DNA from: the human T2T-CHM13v2.0 reference genome, Homo sapiens
Reading direction: 5' to 3' (one strand)
Assembly: GCF_009914755.1 (NCBI RefSeq)
Contig: NC_060945.1
Length of the DNA: 64,000 bases
The translations under genes were made by a program, and so were the position numbers. This document shows, in pieces, positions 51,682-64,000 of this stretch. Within the stretch, counting starts at the first letter, position 1. Each line of letters opens with the position of its first letter. The notes under the pieces are model-generated. The model ran no database searches. It was given only the letters and a program-made list of their open reading frames with translations, and was not told where the DNA came from.

Positions 51682-53356
51682 TGAGTTTTTTTCATGATTG
51701 CTGACTGCATGTTATATTGTCCTTTGAGAATTGTCTGTTCATGTGCTTTGCCCACTTTTTACTGAGATTTCTTGTTTTGTTTTCTTGTAAATTTGTTTAA
51801 GTTCCTTATAGATGCTGGGTGTTAAAAACTATGTTTTGTCAGATGCATAGTTTGTGAAATTTTCTCCCATTCTGTAGGTTTTCTGTTCACCCTGTTGATA
51901 GTTTCCTTTGCTGTGCAGAAGCTCTTTAGATTAATTAGGCATCATCTATCAATTTTTGCTTTTGTTGCAATTATTTTGGCATGTTCATCATGAAATCTTT
52001 GCACATTCCTATGTCCAGTAAGGTATTGCCTAGGTTGGCTTCCAGGATTTTTATAGTTTTGGGTTTAACATTTAAGTCTTTAATCCATCTTCAATTAATT
52101 TTTGCATATGATTTAAGGACAGGATCCTGTTTCAGTCTTCTGCATATTGCTAGCCAGTTACTCCAACATCATTTATTGAATAGGAAATTTTTTCCCAATG
52201 GCTTTTTTTTGTCAGGGTTGTTGAAGATGAGATAGTTGTAGGTTTGTGGCCTTATTTCTGTGCCCTCTATTCTGTCACATTGGTCTAAATGTGTGTTTTT
52301 ATACTGTACCATGCTGCTTTGGTTACCATAGCCCTGTAGTATAGTTTGAAGTCAGATAACGTTATGCTTCTAGCTTTATTCTTTTTGCTTAGGATTGCTC
52401 TGGCTATTTGAGCTCTTTTTTGGTTCCATATAAATGTTAAAAGAGTTTTTTTCTGGTTCTTTTAAGAACATCAATGGTAGTTTAATAGAAATAGGATTGT
52501 ATCTATAAATTGCTTTGGGCAGTATGGCCATTTAAACAATACTGATTCTTCCTGTCCGTGAGCATGGAAGGTTATTTCATTTGTTTGTGTCATCTCTGAT
52601 TTCTTTCAACAGTGTTTTGTAGTTCTCATAGAGATCCTTCACTTCCCTGTTTAGCTGTATTCCTAGATATTTTATTCTTTTTGTGGCAGATGTGAATGGG
52701 ATTATGTTTCTGATTTGGCTCTCTGCTTGACTGTTGTTGGTGTATAGAAATGTTAATGCTTTTTGCACATTGATTTTGTATCCTGAGACTTTGCTAAAGT
52801 TGTTTATCAGCTTAAGGAGTATTTGTGCTGAGACTAGGGGGCTTTTTAGATGTAGGAGTATGTCATCTGAAAACAGGGATAGTTTGATTTCCTCTCTTCC
52901 TATTTAGATGCACTTATTTCTTTGTTCTGCGTGATTACCCTGGCTGGACTTCTAATATTATGTTGGATAGGAATGATGAGAGAGGACATCCTTGCCTTGT
53001 GCCAGTTTTCAAGGGGAATGCTTCCAGCTTTTGCCTATTCAGTATGATGTTTACTATGGGTTTGTCATAGATGTTTCTTATTATTTTGAAGTATATTACT
53101 TTAATACGTAGTTTATTGAGAGTTTTTAACACGAAGGGGTGTTAAATTTTATCGAAAGCCTTTTCTGCATCTATTGGGATAATCATGTGGTTTCTGTCTT
53201 TAGTTCTATTTATGTGATGAATCATATATATTGATCTATTTATGTTGAAAAACCTTGCATCCTAAGGATAAAGCTTACTGGATCATGGAGGATGAGCTTT
53301 TTGATGTGCTGCTATATTTGGTTTGCCGGTATTTTATAGAGGATTTTTGCATTGAT

Positions 53357-53404
53357 GTTCATCAAGGTTATTGGCCTGAAGTTCATCAAGGTTATTAGCC
53401 TGAA
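53357..53404. repeat. 24-bp tandem duplication inside L1 ORF2
   Basis: gttcatcaaggttatt(g/a)gcctgaa x2; the ORF track shows LQANNLDE twice. Confidence 0.92.
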
Positions 53405-56400
53405 GTTTTCTTTTTTGTTTCCGTCTGTCAGGTTTTGGTATCAGGATGGTGCTGGCCTCATAGAATGAGTTAGGGAGGAGTTCCTCCTCCTCATTTTTTT
53501 GGAATAGTTTCAGCAGGAATGGTACCAGCTCTTCTTTGTACATCTAGTAGAATTCAGCTGTGAATCTGTCTGGTTCTGAGCTTCTTTTGGTTGGTAGGTT
53601 ATTTATTACTGATTCAATTTCAGAGCTCATTATCGGTCTGTTCAGAGATTCAGTTTCTTGCTGGTTCAGTGTTGGGAGGATGTATGCATCCAGGAGTTTA
53701 TCTGTTTCTTCTAGGTTTTCTAGTTTATTTCCATAGAGGTGTTCATAATGTTCTCTGATGGTTGTTTGTATTTCTGTGAGGTCAGTGATAATATCCCCTT
53801 GTTGTTTCTGATTGTGTTTATTTGAATCTTCTCTCTTTTCTTTATTAGTCTAGTTAGCAGTCTATTTTATTGATTTTTTTAAGCCCCTGGATTAATTGAT
53901 CTTTCAAATGGTTTTTCAGGTGTCTATGTCCTTCAGTTCAGCTCTGATTTTGGTTATTTCTTGTCTTCTGCCAGCTTTGGGGTTTGTTTGCTCTTGTTCC
54001 TCTAGTTGTTTTATTTGTGATATTAGGTTGTTAAAGTCTTTCTTACTTTTTGATGTGGGCATTTAGTGCTATAAAATTCCCTCTTAACACTGCCTTAGCT
54101 GTGTCCCAGAGATTCTGATATGTTCTATCTTTGTTCTCAATGGTTTCAAAAATTTCTTGATTTATGCCTTAATTTCATTATTTACCCCAAAGTCATTCAG
54201 AAGCAGGCTATTCAATTTCCATGTAATTGTATGGTTTTGAGTGAATTTCTTAGTCTTGTTTTCTAATTTGATTGCACTGTGGTTCAAGAGATTGTTATAA
54301 TTTCAGTTCTTTTGTATTATTTAAGGAGTATTTTCTTTCCAATTATGTGATCATTAGAGGATGTGCCATGTGGCAAGGAGAAGAATGTATATTTTGTTGT
54401 TTTAGATGGAGAGTTCTGTAGATGTTTATCAGGTCCATCTCATCCAGTGCTGAAGTCAGGTCTGAATATCTTTGTGAATTTTCAGTCTTGGTGATCTGTC
54501 TAATATCGTCAGTGGGGTGTTAAAGTCTCCCACTATTATTGTGTGGGAGTCTAATTCTCTTTGAAGGTGTCTAAGAACTTGCTTTATCAATCTGGGTGCT
54601 GCTGTGTTGGGTGCATGATGTTCCCTCAGTCTTTGAAATTGCTGACCTTTGGATTATTTTCTTTTTCTTTTATTATATTTTATGACCTTGAGGGTTTGAT
54701 TGTGGTGTAGGGTGGATTCTGCCAACTTGCTTCATTTCCGGAAGATCCTAGGGGGCCAGTGGTCAGCTCCCAACCACTGGACTGTATGCTATCTTTGGGG
54801 GACTTGTATTGGGCCCTGACTTTGTTCTCCGGCTCCTTGAGGTTAGGAATCCACTGCGCGGGAGGGGCTGAGGGGTCCCAAGATCAGTGGTCACTACACT
54901 TCAATGAGTGGTGTCAGCCAAAGCATTTCAAAGTGTGGGGACAGCGGGATTCATCCTCCTTTGCGAATGCCCACAGCAGCAGTAGCAACAGCTGTGGCAG
55001 AGTACTAGCGGGTATTGTGGTGCCTGCCTCCCTGTGGATGTTTACCACGGTGGCAAAGGCAGTGCAGCTGGGGAGGGGGTGGGGCCCCTGCTGGTGACTG
55101 TGTGCAGGGTCCTGCTGGAGGTGGTATTGGCTCGGGGACAGGGTGCCTGCAGGCACAGGTCTAGGTGCCTTTTCTGTGCCCCGCAAGCAGGAGCGATCCC
55201 TCAGGGCAGGGGAGAATTCTGCTGTTCTTTGTTCAGTGTTAGTGCAAGGTCAGGGAGCTGGCAGGGGCAGGGATGGCTGGCTCTGTGCCTGCAAATGTTC
55301 CATCTGCAATGGTGGTCCGTCGGGGGAGGTGGGGTGGTCTGTACTCCCATGTGCTGGCAGGGCAAGGAAAGCAAAATCTGCTCTCACAGATGTGAGCCAG
55401 CAAAGTAATGTGAGGAGTTGCCTTGGGCCTGGGAGAATCTACAGTATGTGGGTGGGAGAGTTTGTGGGCTGGTGTGTGTCTGTAGGGGCCACCCCATTGG
55501 AACTCTCCACCAGTCAGACATGGCCCACCAGCACAGAAGCTATGCTGTGAGTCCCCAGGGCAATCGAGACTGCTCTGCCAGGAGGCATGGCCAGGCTGGG
55601 GCCCTGAAAGAGGGCAGCAAGCCAAGGGGTGCTCAAGTCGTACTTGTTATGTCTGATGTTCAAGGCTGCCTTGCAGAGTTCAGGTCTGACAGTTCCTCTA
55701 GGGCTAAAGTCTCCTAAAGGAGCAAGTCAAGTCTAGGGGGTGACTGTCCTTGGCTGTGCTATGTTATAGATGCTCTCGCATCAAACTCTCTGGGTTCCAC
55801 ATCAGCTGTCTTGTTGCCCCTACCACTTCTCTAAGCAGCTCTCCCTGCCAACTCAAATGCCCTTGATGGTCGAGGGATTTCCTCCTGCTGGAGTCCCAGA
55901 GCCCTGCGGTGAGGGTGGGTTGCTCCTTGCCAGTTCAACTCATCCATTTCCCTGGAGCCATTGTGAGCCAAGAATGAGTCCTGCTGCATGGGAGCTCCGT
56001 GCCAAGGTTCCCAGTTTTCTTCCCCTTCAGCTTAGCTTCTGTGTCTTCCCTCCACTCTTGGTGCCTTCGCTCTGCAGATCTGTTAGGAACAGATCTGTCT
56101 CCGTCCCTAGGTGGGAGCTGTTTCACCTGGCTGCGTCTAGTCAGCCATCCTACCCTCCCTCCTTTCTTGGCATTATTTTTCTAACAACATGTGCTTACTT
56201 TGTGTCTCTGTGCCACATTGTGGTGATTTCCTCAATATTTCAAACCTTTTTATTGTTATTATATCTGCTATGGTGGTCTTTGATAAGTGATCTTTGATAT
56301 TACTATTGGAATTGTTTTGGGGCACCATGAACCTCCTGCATGTAAGAGGGCAAACTTAATTGATAAATGTTCTGATTGCTTCATAGCCTAGTCGTTCCCT

Positions 56401-59115
56401 TATCTCTTTCCCTTTCTTTGCTCTTCTCTATTCCCTGAGACACAACAATATTGAAATTAGGGCAATTGATAACCCTATAATCACTTCCAGGTGTTTGAGT
56501 GAAAGGAAGAGTCACACATCTCTCACTTAAAGAGCTAGATTAAGCTAGATTAATCTTAACAAGGAAGGCATGTCAAAAGCCATGACAGACTGAAAGCTAG
56601 GTCTCTTGCACCAAACAGTGTGCCAAGTTGTGAGTGCAAAGGAAAAGTTCTTAAAGGAAGTTAAAAGTGATACTCCAGTGACCCCAGTAATGATAAAGTG
56701 AAACAGATTTATTGCTGATATGGAAGAACTTTAGTAGTCTGGATAGATCAAAGCAGGCACAACATTCCCTTAAACCAAAGTCTAATCCAGAGCAAGGCCC
56801 CAACTCTTCAACTTTTTGAAGAACGAGAGAAATGAGAAATCTTCAGAAAAAAAGTTGAAAGCTGGCAGAGAGTGATTCCTGAGGTTTAAGGAAAGAAACC
56901 ACCTTTATAAGATAAAAGTGCAAGGTGAAGCAGCAAGTGCTAATAGAGAAGCTGCAGTAACTTATCCAAAAGATCTAGCTAAGAGCATTGACGAAGGTGG
57001 CTACATTAAACAACAGATTTTGAATGTAGATGAAACAGTCTTCTATTGGAAGAAGATGACATCTAGGATGTTTATATCTAGAGAGGAGAAGTCAATACCC
57101 AGCTTCAAAGTTTCAAAGGACAGGCTGACCCTCTTGGTAAGGACTAATGCAGTTGGTAACTTTAAGTTGAAGCCAATGCTCATTGACCATTCTGAAAAGT
57201 CTTAGTGACATTAAGAATTATGTTAAATCCACTCTGCCTGTGCTCTATAAATGAAACAACAAAACCTGGATGACAGCGCATCTGTTTACAGCATGGTTTA
57301 CTGAATGTTAAGCCCACTGTTGAGACCCACTGCTCATGCACAGAGAAAAGATTCCATTTAAAATATTTCTACTCATTGACAATACACCTGGTCACCCAAG
57401 AGCTCTGATGGAGATGTATGAGGAAATTAATGGTATTTTCATGGCTGCTAACACAACATCCGTTCTGTAGCCCATGGATCAAAGAGTAATTTCAACTTTC
57501 AAATTTTGTTACATAAGAAATATATTTTACAATGCTATAGTTGGCATATATCATGATTCCTCTGATGAATCTGGGCAAAGTAAATTGAAAACCTTCTGGA
57601 AAGGATTCACTCTTCTAGATGTCACTAAAAACATTCATAATTCATGGTAGGAAGTCAAAATATCAACATAGCAGGAGTTTGGGAGAAGTTGATTCCAATC
57701 CTCATGGATGACTTGAAGGGGTTCAAAACTTTGGTGGAGGAAATAACTGCAGATATGGTAGAAATAGCAAGAAAACTGGAATTAGAAGTGGAACATGAAG
57801 CTGTGGCAGAATTGCACAATTTCATGATAAATTTGAATGAATAAGGTGTTGCTTCTTGTGGATGCAAAGAAAGTCATTTTTGAGATGAAATCTACTCCTG
57901 GTAAAGATGCTGTTAACATTACTGAAATGACATCAAAAGATTTAAAATATGACATAAACTTAGTTGATAAAGCAGCAGCAGAGTTTAAGAGGATTGATTC
58001 TCATTTTGGAAGAAGTTTTACTGTGGGTATAATGTTATCAAACAACATTGAATGTTACAGAGAAATCTGTCATGAAGAGAAGAGTCAATCTAAGTGGCAA
58101 ACTTCACGGTCTTATTTTAGGAATTTGCCACAGACACCTCAACCTTTGGCAACCACCAGCCTGTTCAGTGAGCAGCCATCGACGTTGAGGCCCCCTGAGG
58201 AGGTCCCAGGCTGTGGCAGGGGTTCAGGCTGGTGGAAAAGTGGGAGAGAAGAGTCAGGGGACAATTGGGAAGTGTGATGATATGGGGAAAGAGGGATGGA
58301 GTGGAAGCCAGAACCCATTGCTTCCAGTATCAATCTTTTTCACTAGCAAAAAGGTTATAACTTGTTAAAGCCTCATGTGATTGTTAGAATATGTTAGCAA
58401 TAAAATATTTTTAATTAAGGCATGAGCATTTTTTTAAGATATAATGCTATTGCACACTTAATAGACTACAGCATACTGTAAACATAACTTTTTTGTGCAC
58501 TGGGAAACCAAAACATTCATGGAACTTGCTTTATTGTGATATTTGCTTTATTGCAATCGTCTGATACCAAATTGACAATATCTCTGAGGTATGCCTGTAT
58601 TTTATCTTTATTTGTGATAAGTTCTTACACATTTGATAAAACAAGTTATTTATATTGAAATGCATTTGATCGTATCTCTTATTTAAGAAGAAAATTTGGA
58701 ATTTTCCGTGAAAAAGCCTGCTGAAGTAATCACCCTCTGCAATTTATAAATATTAGAAACATTGGTCAAGTTTTAGAATATTTTATTGCCTATTAAATGT
58801 TATGTGACTGTGTTAAATTATTATATATTATTTGCATAGTGTGAAAGCTTACTTTTGCTTCACGAATTATTTTAAATGGAAAAAATTCTCAGTTATACTT
58901 GGAAGAGAAAAATCACATGTCCATTTTGGAGTGCATTTTAAATTGTGCTACAAAGAATGACAAAACACTGCAGTAAATGTGACGTTTGAAATTTTATAAG
59001 GAGTATGATATAAATACCACTTTTTAATAGTATTTATAAAAGTGGAGCCATGATACATTCTGGCTATAACAACCATAACAATATTCCATATTTTTAATAA
59101 TATGAATGTTTTTAA

Positions 59116-59615
<500 letters not shown>

Positions 59616-59874
59616 GAAATGCTTCTTATTTGTTAGTGTGGCAGCGATGATAACAGCACCCCCAGACACCCTGGTAAATCGCTTCTCTCGAGCGCTTTGT
59701 TGTGGTCTTCGTTGAGTTCTGAGTGAGGTGTGAAATCTGAGAAGACAGAATTTGTTTTCATTCTTCAGTAAGTAAGTTAGCATGTGGTTGTGCCTAGCAG
59801 AGTATCTGGCACTTAGCGGGCCAGTTAAATAAACCTGGATTTAAAACCAGACTTCACAAAATTTGCTGGGAATC

Positions 59875-62950
<3,076 letters not shown>

Positions 62951-64000
62951 CTTTTTTCTTATTTTGCTTCCTTTTTTTTTTCTTCACTGTTGTCTTTTTA
63001 TTTTCTATTTTAAGGATATTGGCTTAGTAAAAGAAACTAAAATACATCTGCATATAAATTAAATAAATGCCTCATTTTTAAACATTCTGTGAGTGTCTAT
63101 GTATAGCTGGTACCTTAATTGTAGTTGTTCAATAAATGATTTATCTTACTTTGGGAACTTTCTTAAAAAGCTTAAATCCCTCAATGTTAATAATAGTGAA
63201 AATCTTATGTTTGAAAAAATGCTTTTGAAAAACATATATTGGGTTACCCTTTTAAAGAAATATACTTAATATTGATATGAGTAATTTTTTAAAAGTAATC
63301 AAAGCTTTAGAGAGTAAGAGAAGAAATAAAAAAAAACAAAAACATTATGACAGTGTTTATATCCCTACTTATTAAATTCAACATGGAAAACAAGGAAGTA
63401 GAAAGTACTTTGTAAAATACCTAAAATGCCTGAATATAAGAAGTATTTGGATATTATAGATAACATTTTCTATACTACAATGTCACCTCAAATAGTGTAC
63501 ACACACAGTTATGAGGATATGATAGTCACTTAGAGGATTCATGCTGGGATTGAATAGTAGGACCACACATTTTAGGAAATTTTAAGCAGAAATGCTTTAG
63601 AAGAAATAGTCTTTATTTATTTATTTTTTTAAAAGAGCTTTTAAATTACTGAGTTCAAATACAGAAGAAGGCCTAAGTTTGAATTCATGGCGTATTGCTA
63701 TAATGCACTATTAGACTAATCCTTCATTTTCTTGTCAATTAAAGACTTACCTTTATTCACTGATTCACTTATCAGTAATTCGCTCGGTATTTTAAAGCTG
63801 GCTGTTAAAAATCCCTTTGTTTATGGCAATAAGGCACCATTCATTTTGTGAACTTTATAAAACCAACCTCTGCCAATTTTGCTCTTTGAGAATAGCTCTA
63901 AAGATGTGTTCCCACAGTAATTACTGATTCCAGAGATGTTCATTAAAGAATGAAGTCAGAGGCAAGTGTTTGAAACAATTGTATCCCACCAAAGCCAGCT

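Noticed and set aside
54759-56297. Cluster of 90-175 aa ORFs and a GC-rich promoter-like or G-quadruplex-like region
   Set aside because: All lie in the L1PA13-like 5'UTR or its junction with Tigger1; GC-rich sequence has few stops, and CpGs are largely decayed.
56570-58280. TIGD1-like domesticated transposase gene
   Set aside because: Multiple stops and frameshifts; it is a decayed Tigger1 copy with TIRs.

Overview
AT-rich primate (very probably human) genomic DNA made mostly of interspersed repeats. I found no intact cellular protein-coding gene, tRNA, rRNA or recognisable miRNA. There are two disabled processed pseudogenes on the minus strand: VDAC2-derived (~3.67-4.95 kb) and RPS26-derived (~30.58-31.06 kb). 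Mobile elements include a full-length L1PA7-like element with TSDs, an L1PA13-like element inserted in a full-length Tigger1, a 5'-truncated L1PA3-like element with a long open RT frame, several old L1M pieces and 12 Alus (one a very young AluYa4/Ya5-lineage copy). LTRs (MLT2B, MST, THE1, MLT1), DNA transposons (Tigger1, Tigger3, Tigger6, MER1A, MER2, MER3, MER8, MER58A), L2 and MIR relics are also present. Retro-inserts are strongly biased to the minus strand, which suggests the window lies inside an intron of a + strand transcript. From memory, the VDAC2/RPS26 pseudogene pair matches VDAC2P1/RPS26P5 in MIR99AHG at 21q21.1; this is not verified. I see no convincing new biological system. The most unusual items are a ~140-bp foreign insert in Tigger1 carrying a textbook 3' splice site, a candidate + strand lncRNA exon at ~34.2 kb, an Alu dimer with two left-type monomers, multi-tier TE nests and several non-canonical retrotransposition junctions. 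Repeat subfamilies were assigned by eye from remembered consensus sequences, and boundaries of old elements are approximate.
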